Virus record (IMG/VR): IMGVR_UViG_3300022602_000003
Location: 1 to 64,000 of that record
Strand: one strand, 5' to 3'
DNA: 64,000 bases
Source of the DNA: a virus
Positions within the stretch are counted from its first letter, which is position 1. Every line of letters begins with the position of its first letter. Below, piece after piece: positions 10,061-19,624 of the stretch. A program made the position numbers and the translations under genes. The notes beneath the pieces were generated by a model. It was not told the DNA's origin, ran no database searches, and worked only from the letters and a program-made list of their open reading frames with translations.

Positions 10061-11580
10061 TATCTAACTCTAACCGCTGTGACTTGCCATTGACGAAAAC
10101 CACCTTGAATAACATTCATAGTCTGCTGCGTAATCATAAACTTTGCAGCTAGACCGGGAGCAAAGTTGTTTTGCGAATCAAGAAGTAATTGACTATCAAG
10201 AATAAACGTCTGGCCAGCTCGCCAAGTTCCAATAAACTCAGGAGTCGTGGTAAATATAATTTTCTCTTGCGGGTGACCGTATTCGGCCAATTCTCGAGTT
10301 GCTCGTTGATACGCCGCAGTTGTCGTACTAATAGAAGACTGGTTGACAACTGTGGCAAAAATACCTTTGTTTGGTCCGCCAATAGCTTTTTGCGAATTTT
10401 TTAAGTCTGCTTGAGCAGTGATAGTTGTTCGACGTCGATACCATATTGCTAATGTCGCTCCAGACGCTGGAACTTTTCCTTGGCCAGGAGTTACTTCTAG
10501 CCACCAAGAGCCGTCTGGGTGCTGGGCAATAGTCCATTGCGTAGTCACTATAGACGACCCGTCGTAGACACTGACAGTTTGCTGGACGCCATTGACTTGA
10601 ACTACTGGAAGCTCAGTTGAAGTCGCCGAAGCAGTCGCGGTAATTCGAGCAGCGATGTCTGGTACGTGCGTAAGTTGCCATTGAGTTTGCTTACCATTTG
10701 TAGTCCAGGTATTTGTTGCTGGCCCAGACAACTTAGTTGAAAGAGTTTTTGAAGCACCTACAACAAGAGCACGATTGTACAAAGTTGTACCGTCAAAGTC
10801 GTATTCAAGGCCCTGGCTTTGGTCTATATGGCACTCAGTGTACGAGAGAGACCCGGAAGTTGTTGGCATATCGGTAACTACCACACCAGATGGAGGAGCT
10901 TGCTGCTGGTCATAGAAGTGTAAGTTTAAGTTGCCATCCACATACCAGCCGTATGCGCTTTGGCCAGAAGCCATTTTAGAGATTTTCTGGAGTCCACTTG
11001 TAAGATTTGTATAGTGAATAATTGTTCGAGGAATTACAGGCCCTGGTTGAACGTATCCACCTTGAGAAATCAATGCAGCCTCTAGTCCGCAATTAGCTTT
11101 CTTTACTAAGTCTACTACCGCATCACCCATTGGAATGCCCTCAAAAGTTGACTGAACAATTGACGCATTTGCGTATCCAGAATAGTCAACACAAGACAGA
11201 GCCCACTCGGCTTCATTTGGAGAGTTGATGTAAAGAGTAGGACTTTGAATATAGCCAGCAAATAAAGTTGCAGCGTCATCAGCGTCAGAAAGAGAATAGC
11301 CTTGGCTAAGAAAATATGCGTAAGCAGTATTGTCAAAGAGTTTTATTTGAGAAAACGCAGGAAAAATAAAACTTGGAGTCACCGTTAAATAAGGTGGAAC
11401 GCCAACAGAATAATTAGGGTCAATCAAGTTGAACGATGCCGTGTCTCCTTGTCGACCAAAGTTTTGCGAAATTGAGATTGAACCGCGACCACCCGTGTAT
11501 GCAAGATACTGGCCATAATCTACTGTTGGTTGATTTGGCGGAGTAATGTAGCAAGAGATTTGCGGAGCAAGTATCGTCAT
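10060..11580 (-). CDS. tail hub/minor tail protein
   Basis: Directly follows the tape measure; WYVD..LHF and YNRALVVG motifs. Confidence 0.65.
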   Translation of the reverse strand: MTILAPQISCYITPPNQPTVDYGQYLAYTGGRGSISISQNFGRQGDTASFNLIDPNYSVGVPPYLTVTPSFIFPAFSQIKLFDNTAYAYFLSQGYSLSDADDAATLFAGYIQSPTLYINSPNEAEWALSCVDYSGYANASIVQSTFEGIPMGDAVVDLVKKANCGLEAALISQGGYVQPGPVIPRTIIHYTNLTSGLQKISKMASGQSAYGWYVDGNLNLHFYDQQQAPPSGVVVTDMPTTSGSLSYTECHIDQSQGLEYDFDGTTLYNRALVVGASKTLSTKLSGPATNTWTTNGKQTQWQLTHVPDIAARITATASATSTELPVVQVNGVQQTVSVYDGSSIVTTQWTIAQHPDGSWWLEVTPGQGKVPASGATLAIWYRRRTTITAQADLKNSQKAIGGPNKGIFATVVNQSSISTTTAAYQRATRELAEYGHPQEKIIFTTTPEFIGTWRAGQTFILDSQLLLDSQNNFAPGLAAKFMITQQTMNVIQGGFRQWQVTAVRVR

Positions 11581-11581
11581 A

Positions 11582-14311
11582 TTAGTGAGGCAGTATTACG
11601 CCTGCCTGAGGAAGAATTGTCGTTGTGAGTTGGCGACCAAGTGCATTTGAGAAGTCCTTGAGTGAGCCGTACACAGCACCATTCACCGTGACATTTACAA
11701 TAACATTGTGAGAGTACGAAGACGCGCCTTTTAGTCCAGCAGTTGGGACCATTCTTGAAGCGTTTAATTTCTTCATTTGTTCGGCAGTAAATACTGTCTC
11801 ACCTGCTTGAAGAATTGCTGGTACGTTTTCTCCTGGTTGACCAGGTACGACTCCACCTTCGTGGAAAATACTAAACACGCCCTTCATCACACTCATTGCG
11901 CCAGAAATTAGACCACCAACAACTGGAATTTTTTTAATGCCGCCTAAAATTGCGCCACCAATTTTACCAGCAACACTTTCAATACCTTTGATTAACCAAT
12001 CAACTATTTTTGCACCAGCATGGAATAAGTCTTTGCCGATGCCGACAACAAAGCCAAGAATTTTTCCGCCAAGTTTTGAGAACCAAGTGATGATTCCACC
12101 AAGAACATGAAGAACTTTCGACTCAAAAGTAATAACTGGCTTAATTATGTCTTTCCACAAAGTATCCCACGCGCTAGAAATAAAATGCACAACATCTTTA
12201 ACAACGGTCTTAATTGTGTTCCAGACCGTGTGCCAGTGTTTGTAGAGTTCGTAGATTGCAAGAACAATAAGAGCAATTGCGGCAATAACCGCAAGAATTG
12301 GCCAAGTGACTGCCCAAACTCCAGCGGCCAATCCGCCTTCAGCCGCAGCAGCAGCGTAAGTTTCAGTAGCCCAAGTCCCAAGCATTCCAATTTGTTCGCC
12401 AATTAGCGTTCCAAGTTTTTTCATTGGAGACATAAACAAATTCATCGCAGTCTTCATTCCAGTCCATGCGTCTTTTACAACTGTTGAGACTTTGTGGAAC
12501 GCCCAGAACATACCAATGACTCCACTCACAGCGCCAACGACGGTAAGAAGAATTGCGGCTAGCTTCTTATTGTGCCCGATGAAACCAACAATTGGACCAA
12601 CAATCTTAGCAAAAACACCAACAACTTTTTCAATCACAGGCAAGAATGCTTGACCAATTTCAATACGAAGCGCAGAAAATGTATTGTGAAGTTTCTTCAT
12701 CGAAGCTTCATAAGTTTCTTGCGCTCTCATCGCTGCTTCTTGTACTGCTCTTTGGTTGTTGATAGACCTAGATGCTTTATCGTAGCCGTCTTTACTAGCG
12801 AGAATAGTCTTAATCATCGCTTTTCCTTGGCTACCGAACAAAATTGTTGCGACTCGTAGTTGTTCTTGAGCTCCGTGCATTGCTCTAAACTTTGGGCCGA
12901 GTTGGTCAATAACACTACCCATTCCAACAAATTGACCCTTAGAGTTAAATACATTAACTCCAAGTGTTGCCAATTCATTTTGAACTGGAGTAAGTTTTAA
13001 CGCATTTAGTGTTTTCACAGACTCGTGACTTTGCGTAACAAGCGTTTGAATAGACTTTAAGTAGTTTCCATATTCAGGAGTTTGCGCAGAAAGTTTTTTC
13101 ATTTCTTGCCCGTAAGTCGTTGCGCTAATTTTACCGTGAACGTACGCGTTTGCTAATCCTTGCAAACTCTTTGGCAACGACTTAATTGCGTTGTTAACTT
13201 CTCCCATTGTCGGGACCGTCGCACGACCAGTCTTAAGTAATTGGTTCATTGCAACGTTAAGAACCATAGAAGCTCGACGAGCATTCATACCGTGTTCGGT
13301 AAAGTCAAGCATAAGAGCAGCAGTTTGCTGGACGTTTGGAGCAAGAATACCTAAAGTACCAATAGCACGACTAACTTGTTGCGTAACTTGATTTAGAGTT
13401 TGCCCCGTCAATCGAGATTCGTTGTATAACGCTGCTTGGTCTTTTGCCGCTTGCGACAATGGTTCATGCGTTTGTTGCATAAGTTTTGAAAGACTTGATG
13501 CCACTGCCGATAGACTTTGACCAGAAGCAGCGGCACCTTGACTTGCAATATCCATAAATTGCATGGCTTGCTTTGTTGTTAGCGCTTTACCATTAAGTGT
13601 GCTTAACTGACCGGCAACTCCACCGTAAGCATTTGCAAGTTCAGACGCGCTGTACATTGATTGAGTAGACATTGTAAGAAATGCTTGGCCAATATCGCCA
13701 GCTTTTTTCATTGAAATGTCGCCACTGTTTGCGATTTTAACTACTGACATGTTGTACTCAGCCGCTGCTTTGGCAGATTCGTATCCAATGCCAGCAACTG
13801 CCGCCGCGACAATAAATGCTTTTGGACCGATTGAAGAAAGATTTTTTTCACTTCTTTGAGTTAGACCGTTAGCTTTTGCTTGCGCTTCGGCTTCGCTATT
13901 AAGCGCTTTTGAATGCATGTGAGCAGCGTCTGTTGCCGCAAGTTCTGCCTTGTTTGCAAGAGCAAGAGAAGTTTCAAACTCACGCATTGCGACTGACGCT
14001 GCTTTAGCAGCAGCGCCGTCATCACCAACAGCAACAGCAGCAGCAGCCGTGGCGTCTTTAAAAGCTTTTGTTGAAATTGCAAGTCTATCTTGCGCAACAG
14101 ATAGTTCTTGCAATCTAGTTTCATAAATTGCGCCAGCAGTAGTGGGGTCGCCAAGCGCTTCTGTCATAATTGCGCCGGAACGAGTTGCCGCATCGCCGGC
14201 TTCATTAAAGTGATTGCGAATTTTTTCAAGTTCATTGTTGAACTTTTCAAATATCGCCATGCCCTTTTCACGGGCTTCAACGCCTAGCAGAAGTGTAAGG
14301 TCTTTAGTCAT
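11582..14311 (-). CDS. tape measure protein (909 aa)
   Basis: Ala-rich and helical; LGVNVFNSKGQF and ILFG TMP motifs; hydrophobic segments; FHEGGVV..GE.V C-terminal motif. Confidence 0.9.
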   Translation of the reverse strand: MTKDLTLLLGVEAREKGMAIFEKFNNELEKIRNHFNEAGDAATRSGAIMTEALGDPTTAGAIYETRLQELSVAQDRLAISTKAFKDATAAAAVAVGDDGAAAKAASVAMREFETSLALANKAELAATDAAHMHSKALNSEAEAQAKANGLTQRSEKNLSSIGPKAFIVAAAVAGIGYESAKAAAEYNMSVVKIANSGDISMKKAGDIGQAFLTMSTQSMYSASELANAYGGVAGQLSTLNGKALTTKQAMQFMDIASQGAAASGQSLSAVASSLSKLMQQTHEPLSQAAKDQAALYNESRLTGQTLNQVTQQVSRAIGTLGILAPNVQQTAALMLDFTEHGMNARRASMVLNVAMNQLLKTGRATVPTMGEVNNAIKSLPKSLQGLANAYVHGKISATTYGQEMKKLSAQTPEYGNYLKSIQTLVTQSHESVKTLNALKLTPVQNELATLGVNVFNSKGQFVGMGSVIDQLGPKFRAMHGAQEQLRVATILFGSQGKAMIKTILASKDGYDKASRSINNQRAVQEAAMRAQETYEASMKKLHNTFSALRIEIGQAFLPVIEKVVGVFAKIVGPIVGFIGHNKKLAAILLTVVGAVSGVIGMFWAFHKVSTVVKDAWTGMKTAMNLFMSPMKKLGTLIGEQIGMLGTWATETYAAAAAEGGLAAGVWAVTWPILAVIAAIALIVLAIYELYKHWHTVWNTIKTVVKDVVHFISSAWDTLWKDIIKPVITFESKVLHVLGGIITWFSKLGGKILGFVVGIGKDLFHAGAKIVDWLIKGIESVAGKIGGAILGGIKKIPVVGGLISGAMSVMKGVFSIFHEGGVVPGQPGENVPAILQAGETVFTAEQMKKLNASRMVPTAGLKGASSYSHNVIVNVTVNGAVYGSLKDFSNALGRQLTTTILPQAGVILPH

Positions 14312-14313
14312 TT

Positions 14314-14559
14314 CTAGTACCTCTGCTTGCCTTTGCTATTCTCCGCGTCCTGCTTAGCTTGTTGCCGTCTTTTTTCTATGCCAATCACATTTAAGATTGT
14401 CATATAGTCTTTTACTTCATTCAACGGTCGACTTCTTAAGCTATCAAAATTCAAACCAACGTGCTCGTAAAGAGCACTTTCAATTACGAATTTCTGTAGC
14501 GAAGGATACTCTTCAGATACTTTACCCGTTTGAATCGCTGTCTGAACTGCCGTCACGAA
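14314..14559 (-). CDS. frameshifted C-terminal extension of the tail assembly chaperone (GT-like)
   Basis: Overlaps the end of 14522..14929 in the +1 frame, has no good start of its own, and precedes the tape measure. Confidence 0.6.
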   Translation of the reverse strand, partial: FVTAVQTAIQTGKVSEEYPSLQKFVIESALYEHVGLNFDSLRSRPLNEVKDYMTILNVIGIEKRRQQAKQDAENSKGKQRY

Positions 14560-14929
14560 ATCGCAATTCGTCTTCGCCACCTCGAGGCGTAGATGCTTCG
14601 TTAATCTTTTCGTAGATGTCAACAAATACAACTTGCGGAAGTCGACGAATTGAGTCGTGCTTTGCTTGAGCCGGAGTAAGTGGCAATGGTTCGCCGTTCT
14701 CGTCGGTCAAGTTCCAGTCGATGATTGAACGAAATACAAGTTCGTGCTGGTACAAAATAGTGTCTGGCTCAGCCGTGAGGTTAGTGCCATTCATTACCAT
14801 TTTGCCAAGAAGAGCGCGTTGTGCTGCTTCGTAATCTTCAGCCGTCAACGACTTCTTGATGTCAATCCAATAACCCTTAGCAACATTAATGCGCTCGGGC
14901 TCATTGAATAGTGATAGAAAACCTGCCAT
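14522..14929 (-). CDS. tail assembly chaperone
   Basis: IIDWNLTDENGEPLP motif; lies between major tail and tape measure. Confidence 0.8.
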   Translation of the reverse strand: MAGFLSLFNEPERINVAKGYWIDIKKSLTAEDYEAAQRALLGKMVMNGTNLTAEPDTILYQHELVFRSIIDWNLTDENGEPLPLTPAQAKHDSIRRLPQVVFVDIYEKINEASTPRGGEDELRFRDGSSDSDSNG

Positions 14930-14960
14930 ATGAAATCCTTTGTCTTTAAGTCGGTATGTC

Positions 14961-16235
14961 CTAGTAAGGCAACCACGTACCGTTAGTGACTACAGCACTA
15001 ATTGAGGCAGGTGGGTTAGCGCCGAGTGCGTACGAAGCTTCAAAGTCTAGAGTCGACATAATAACGTCTTCTAGTTTGATGTCATCGGCGTACTTTGCGA
15101 TATTGATTTGGTTCAACGAAATCGTAATACCCGCACCAGGAGTGGTAGGGTGAACCAAAGAAAGAGTAAGCGAACCTTGAATTTGGTTCTGCATCTTAGA
15201 GTAGTAACCCCAGTCAGCATCGTTAAGGCTGTCAAATACAACCGCCATCTGACCAGTAATCTTACGAGTAAGAGGAGTAAGGAACTGAAGGTCGTGGTTA
15301 CCGTTAAATGTGTAAGTAGGCTTTAGACCGTTTTCTACGTCAAGACCAATGTTTGATACCTGAGAAATAGTATCTCCAAAAGCAGTCAAAGTTGCTTCAG
15401 CGAAAACAAAAGGTGATTCGTTAACAACTGAAATTGGGCTTGAAGGAGTGTTAAGAACATTAACACCCTTTGAAATTAGAGAAGCAGTAAAGTCCGCAGA
15501 GCTGTCTCCGGCACCGACTTTTAGACCATACTTACCAACTCGTGAGCCAGTAAATTGAAGTGACTGATAACCACCGATGTTCTTTTCTACCGTCATTGAA
15601 GGCAAAGTGTTGCCAGGTAGAATTTGGTGGCTAAATAAAGGAGTCTGCCCGACAACTGAAGCAAACGTTACGGTTGCGCCAGCAAGGTGTGAGAAAGTAA
15701 ATGCAGTGTCAACAGTTACGACGTTTGAAGCAACGCTAACAACCTTGCGTACTTCAGCCGTAGTTGGAGTAGTGGTGTTGTTAACATCAACTTGCATGTA
15801 TCCACCAACAACATAACCAGAAGCGCTAGTCAAAGTAATTGTGGTCTGGCCAGCAGTTACTGGGCTTCCAGTTGCAATTGTCGTTGAGTTGGTTGCAGTG
15901 GTTCCAGAAGCAAAAGTAATTCCGTATCCAGAAAGCGCTGGGCTAGCAGAGCCACCGTCATAACCAATACTTGCAACAAAAAGTTGCGTACCATTAGTTG
16001 GGAAGAATGGGGCGCTGATGTCTCCAGTGTTCTTACGCTCACCGTAGAGAGCAAACACGTTAACATCACGAATACCCATAACCAACTGAGGAAAAAATAG
16101 ACCAGGGTCTGATTCAAGAGAAACATCAGTGAATGGAATAAACGAAGTAGGAGTTACGGGAGTACCGAAAGTTGCTTCCTTTGCAACACCTACTGCGGAT
16201 AGTGAACCGTACTTTTCTACGATTGGAGTAGCCAG
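14961..16235 (-). CDS. major tail (tube) protein; probable CTG start
   Basis: Frame open to CTG 16235 (GAGGTTT-CTG), adding VGVAKEATFGTPVTPT, the usual tube-protein N-terminus; in-frame TAA just upstream. Confidence 0.8.
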   Translation of the reverse strand: MATPIVEKYGSLSAVGVAKEATFGTPVTPTSFIPFTDVSLESDPGLFFPQLVMGIRDVNVFALYGERKNTGDISAPFFPTNGTQLFVASIGYDGGSASPALSGYGITFASGTTATNSTTIATGSPVTAGQTTITLTSASGYVVGGYMQVDVNNTTTPTTAEVRKVVSVASNVVTVDTAFTFSHLAGATVTFASVVGQTPLFSHQILPGNTLPSMTVEKNIGGYQSLQFTGSRVGKYGLKVGAGDSSADFTASLISKGVNVLNTPSSPISVVNESPFVFAEATLTAFGDTISQVSNIGLDVENGLKPTYTFNGNHDLQFLTPLTRKITGQMAVVFDSLNDADWGYYSKMQNQIQGSLTLSLVHPTTPGAGITISLNQINIAKYADDIKLEDVIMSTLDFEASYALGANPPASISAVVTNGTWLPY

Positions 16236-16248
16236 AAACCTCGCTTAA

Positions 16249-16542
16249 TTAGTTAGTAGTTGTACCACTTGACTTCTTTGAAGAAGTCTGTGTGGTGCTT
16301 TGAGTTGTTGAGTCCTGAGAAGTTGTGGCGTCAGTTGTAGTCGTCGCGTCAGCAGAAAGTGTAGCGGTTGCTTCAACAGGTGCTGGTGCAGTTGCATCAG
16401 CAACAACTTCATACTCATTTGGAAACGCCGCTAAAAGTCTAGCGCTGGTCTCGTCATCAACAGAGATGACAGTACCGTTCACTAGAGGAGCGATGTCAAC
16501 GAGAGTTTTTTCTACGTGTCCAATGTAACGTAAGTTTGCCAT
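16249..16542 (-). CDS. small virion-associated protein
   Basis: LRYIG N-terminus and low-complexity Thr-rich tail; located before the major tail gene. Confidence 0.55.
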   Translation of the reverse strand: MANLRYIGHVEKTLVDIAPLVNGTVISVDDETSARLLAAFPNEYEVVADATAPAPVEATATLSADATTTTDATTSQDSTTQSTTQTSSKKSSGTTTN

Positions 16543-16556
16543 AGGTAAATAATATC

Positions 16557-17024
16557 CTAATCTTTGGTAGTGATAATAGTGATTGAGTCAGCAAATGCCA
16601 CTTTAATGAATGGCGCCATCCGTATCGCAACTTTAACATTAAAGTCATTGCCTTTTGTCGAGCCACGAGTCACTGAACTTGCGAATACGTAATCTCCGAA
16701 ACCATTTTTGAAGCGCAATGCCATAGCATTTACTGGAAAAATACTTGGTGCAAGCGCTGCCGCAGTTGGTTCAAGCACCCATCTTGCATATGGAGCCGTG
16801 GACACGAATTTAACACGAAAAACGCCAGTAGTAGACTCAATACGATAACCGATTGACTTTTGAAAACGACCAGCATCTGGCTTTGAATTGCTTATGGGAG
16901 CGTGGCGTCGCAAATCCGCTAAGATAATTGGAATAATTCTAGCGCCAACTTTTCTTTGAGTGGCTTGCCAATCAAAGTACATTTTGCTAACGCCTCTTGC
17001 TTTAAAGACAAAAGGGCTTGTCAC
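16557..17024 (-). CDS. HK97 gp10-like tail completion protein
   Basis: AP..GRFQKSI, APYARWV, GTKGN.F-like motifs; synteny. Confidence 0.65.
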   Translation of the reverse strand: MTSPFVFKARGVSKMYFDWQATQRKVGARIIPIILADLRRHAPISNSKPDAGRFQKSIGYRIESTTGVFRVKFVSTAPYARWVLEPTAAALAPSIFPVNAMALRFKNGFGDYVFASSVTRGSTKGNDFNVKVAIRMAPFIKVAFADSITIITTKD

Positions 17025-17500
17025 GGTATTGACATCTCTTCAATTGTAAAGTCAATCAATGCTTCATAGAGAAATAAGCGTTGGTCTGCTAATGTGTGCG
17101 CTGGCGATTGCTGCACCGTGAACTGTTCACCAATTGCGACCAATTGAGAAGTTCTACCAGTTTGAGGGTCCTCAATAGAAATAGGCATTGGAGTAGTCAC
17201 CCATGCTTCAACAACAGCGTCAATTAGACTTGCAAACGCCGAGTCAGCATTTGGGTTTGTAGAATTGTCTGGGCTCATCAACCATACTGATACCGTCCAA
17301 ATTGTGCTACGAAAACCAGCACCACGATGAGCAGTTTGACGTTTGTTGTTTCCTTGAGTCACCCAGACATATGCGGCCGGGCCAGTTAATTTTCCTGGGT
17401 TAGGCGGAGTAATGTACGCCACAAGTGGTCTTTTGTACAAAGGAGAAGAGATGCCATTTGTAATACTTTTTGCGTGTGTTTGGACGACGTTAATGCCCAT
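17021..17500 (-). CDS. tail terminator-like protein
   Basis: Position and size within the head-tail cluster. Confidence 0.5.
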   Translation of the reverse strand: MGINVVQTHAKSITNGISSPLYKRPLVAYITPPNPGKLTGPAAYVWVTQGNNKRQTAHRGAGFRSTIWTVSVWLMSPDNSTNPNADSAFASLIDAVVEAWVTTPMPISIEDPQTGRTSQLVAIGEQFTVQQSPAHTLADQRLFLYEALIDFTIEEMSIP

Positions 17501-18411
17501 TAGATAACTCGACGGTATGGCTTTAGAATATCTTTTACACTGTCAAGAATTGTCGCGTTACTTGCACTTTGACTTACAACACTTCCAGGCATGTTTTGCA
17601 CCGTGGTTGCAGTTGCTCCACGAGTTAGTGCTTGGTACGTTGCGTGAAGAATTGCGGCTTCTTGAACTGACTCTGGCAAAGCAGAAATAATGACAGGTTG
17701 CTGAGTACTTGCGTTGTGCGAGTAAAGAAGAGGAGTTTTTAGCGTCGCAATTCCAGGACCAGAAGAAACACTTGTTGACGCGATTTGGACGTACTCAGTT
17801 GCAGCACCGTCATATATCCACATTCCACGACCAATTGTTCCATCAGTCATGCCAGTGCAATCGTCTACAGCCACTTCAGTTGCGCCAAGACTGACACTTG
17901 AAATAATTCCAGCATGCGCCCAACCATTAACATAAGTAATTTGAAGTCGATAGTAGTTTCTACCTTGTAACCAGTTTGCATAGCCAGGAACAATTCGAAT
18001 TGCGCTTGGACCCGCGGCTGATTCAATTGAAACTCCACTCTGAATAGTAAGCGCATTTTCAATAAACAATCCGTTCAACGGAATCGGGTTCCATGTCGGC
18101 CCGGCAACAATTGCGGAAGTATATTGCGCGCCAATGATTTCTGTGACTGGCCAACGCGACGTCAAGACTCGAGTCATGCCCTGGTTGTCCACAATCATAC
18201 GGTAATCGGGCCCTAGAAACTCTTCTGTGTCAACGGTAGAGCGAAGTGGTTGGTTACAATAGGCATCAATCCAGTGTGACGCACGCCAACAAATATTAGT
18301 TTGTTCAGCGAGTTGCGCGTCTGGGTCCGAGTCAAAGTCAGGAATAGTTTCCCACGAGATACCGGTAGGCGCGTTAATTAGGATGTTAGGCGTGATGTAT
18401 GGCGTGGCCAC
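17500..18411 (-). CDS. head-to-tail adaptor
   Basis: RASHWIDAYCNQ, ITYVNGW and LPESVQEAA..ILKPYRR motifs. Confidence 0.75.
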   Translation of the reverse strand: MATPYITPNILINAPTGISWETIPDFDSDPDAQLAEQTNICWRASHWIDAYCNQPLRSTVDTEEFLGPDYRMIVDNQGMTRVLTSRWPVTEIIGAQYTSAIVAGPTWNPIPLNGLFIENALTIQSGVSIESAAGPSAIRIVPGYANWLQGRNYYRLQITYVNGWAHAGIISSVSLGATEVAVDDCTGMTDGTIGRGMWIYDGAATEYVQIASTSVSSGPGIATLKTPLLYSHNASTQQPVIISALPESVQEAAILHATYQALTRGATATTVQNMPGSVVSQSASNATILDSVKDILKPYRRVI

Positions 18412-18413
18412 TC

Positions 18414-18605
18414 TTACTCCGGACTTGATGCTTGTTTAAGTTGCGCGTCTCTATTTCTTTTGCACTTCGAACAAAGCCAAGAGCCCAGTTCCGTCGACCA
18501 GTAAATGTGTTTTTCACAACACGAACCGTTGCAATCACTACACCAACCAACTACAAATCGACCGGGCTTAGAACAGCCGACGCACTTCCTAGCGGGCTGG
18601 CCCAC
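18414..18605 (-). CDS. small Cys-rich zinc-finger protein
   Basis: CxxC, CxxC, CCxxH and CxxC motifs. Confidence 0.55.
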   Translation of the reverse strand: MGQPARKCVGCSKPGRFVVGWCSDCNGSCCEKHIYWSTELGSWLCSKCKRNRDAQLKQASSPE

Positions 18606-18906
18606 GGCGAGTTGTTGCTGGTCGTGTTCCAGCGGCTCGCACGGCCGATGCTGCTTCTCGTGCAGCCTCTGCTACTTTGATTTGCTCGAAACGTGCGATG
18701 TCTTGCTGAGCAAGTTCTGCGTCTCGAAGTTCGTCAAAAGTAAGAGGTACATTGCGTGGGTCGGTGACCCAACCCATTTTGATAAGCTCTGGTTCGCAAG
18801 CAGCACAAGTTACACTCATGTTTTGCTCTCCCTTGCTTCGCACGTGCGAGTGGCCTGAACCACTAACGGTGATTGAGTCAATATCGCTTTGTCCGTAGAC
18901 TGTCAT
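18589..18906 (-). CDS. hypothetical protein (head region)
   Basis: Coupled ORF with a CxxC motif. Confidence 0.6.
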   Translation of the reverse strand: MTVYGQSDIDSITVSGSGHSHVRSKGEQNMSVTCAACEPELIKMGWVTDPRNVPLTFDELRDAELAQQDIARFEQIKVAEAAREAASAVRAAGTRPATTRRGPAR

Positions 18907-19190
18907 TCTGTCTCCTGAATCTTCATATCACTGCCACACTTCGGGCAGGTAGTTTGCCAGCCCCAGCCAGTAAAGAAACAGCCAGTGCATTCAGCAGTGT
19001 TGCCCTTTACGTGGCCGAAGCCCATTGTCGTCCTAGATAAAACACCTTGCTGAGCCACCGTTGTTTTCAATGCATAGCGTTCTTCGGCTGGGTTATCAAA
19101 AGTAACTTTGCCGTTTTTGTTCGCATCGATTTTCTTTCCGTTTGGAAGTTCAATGCCTGTGCATCCTGGTGGTACTGAAAGAGTGGACAT
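18903..19190 (-). CDS. hypothetical protein with a C-terminal zinc ribbon
   Basis: CxxC...CPKCG. Confidence 0.6.
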   Translation of the reverse strand: MSTLSVPPGCTGIELPNGKKIDANKNGKVTFDNPAEERYALKTTVAQQGVLSRTTMGFGHVKGNTAECTGCFFTGWGWQTTCPKCGSDMKIQETE

Positions 19191-19243
19191 CCGATTTCCT
19201 ATTCTTCTTTATGAGAATAATTTTATCAAATAAGAAATGTGAA

Positions 19244-19552
19244 TTATGCCGCTGAGTAATTTGCTGGGCCACTTACGACGGTGATGTCCAAAGAAGCACC
19301 AGTGGTCACAACAGTGATTCCCTTACGAACTGTGCTTTGATACTTGTAAGTGCCAAGGTAAGTTGAAGAGTCGATTACAGCAATAATGTTTCCACTTGCT
19401 GCACTGTTATCGTAAATTGTAACTTTTGAACCAGCGCCGCCAGCGGTGTTAACGACAATTGTTTGAAGAACAAGATTGTTTGAAGCGTGAATTACAGTTG
19501 TTCCTGCTCCAGTGACGTGATTGTAATTGTAAAGATTAGTGGTAATTGACAT
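19244..19552 (-). CDS. putative head decoration/fibre protein
   Basis: beta-rich; VTIYDNSAASG..IA motif; directly follows the capsid gene. Confidence 0.5.
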   Translation of the reverse strand: MSITTNLYNYNHVTGAGTTVIHASNNLVLQTIVVNTAGGAGSKVTIYDNSAASGNIIAVIDSSTYLGTYKYQSTVRKGITVVTTGASLDITVVSGPANYSAA

Positions 19553-19575
19553 TTGTTTTCTTTCTCTAAAACCAA

Positions 19576-19605
19576 ACTAGGGCGGAGATTGCTCTCCGCC
19601 CTAGT
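19576..19605 (-). terminator. intrinsic terminator after the major capsid gene
   Basis: 13-bp perfect stem ACTAGGGCGGAGA/TCTCCGCCCTAGT with a 4-nt loop, followed by TTGGTTTT on the - strand. Confidence 0.8.
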
Positions 19606-19624
19606 AAGGAAATGCTGATTTGTA

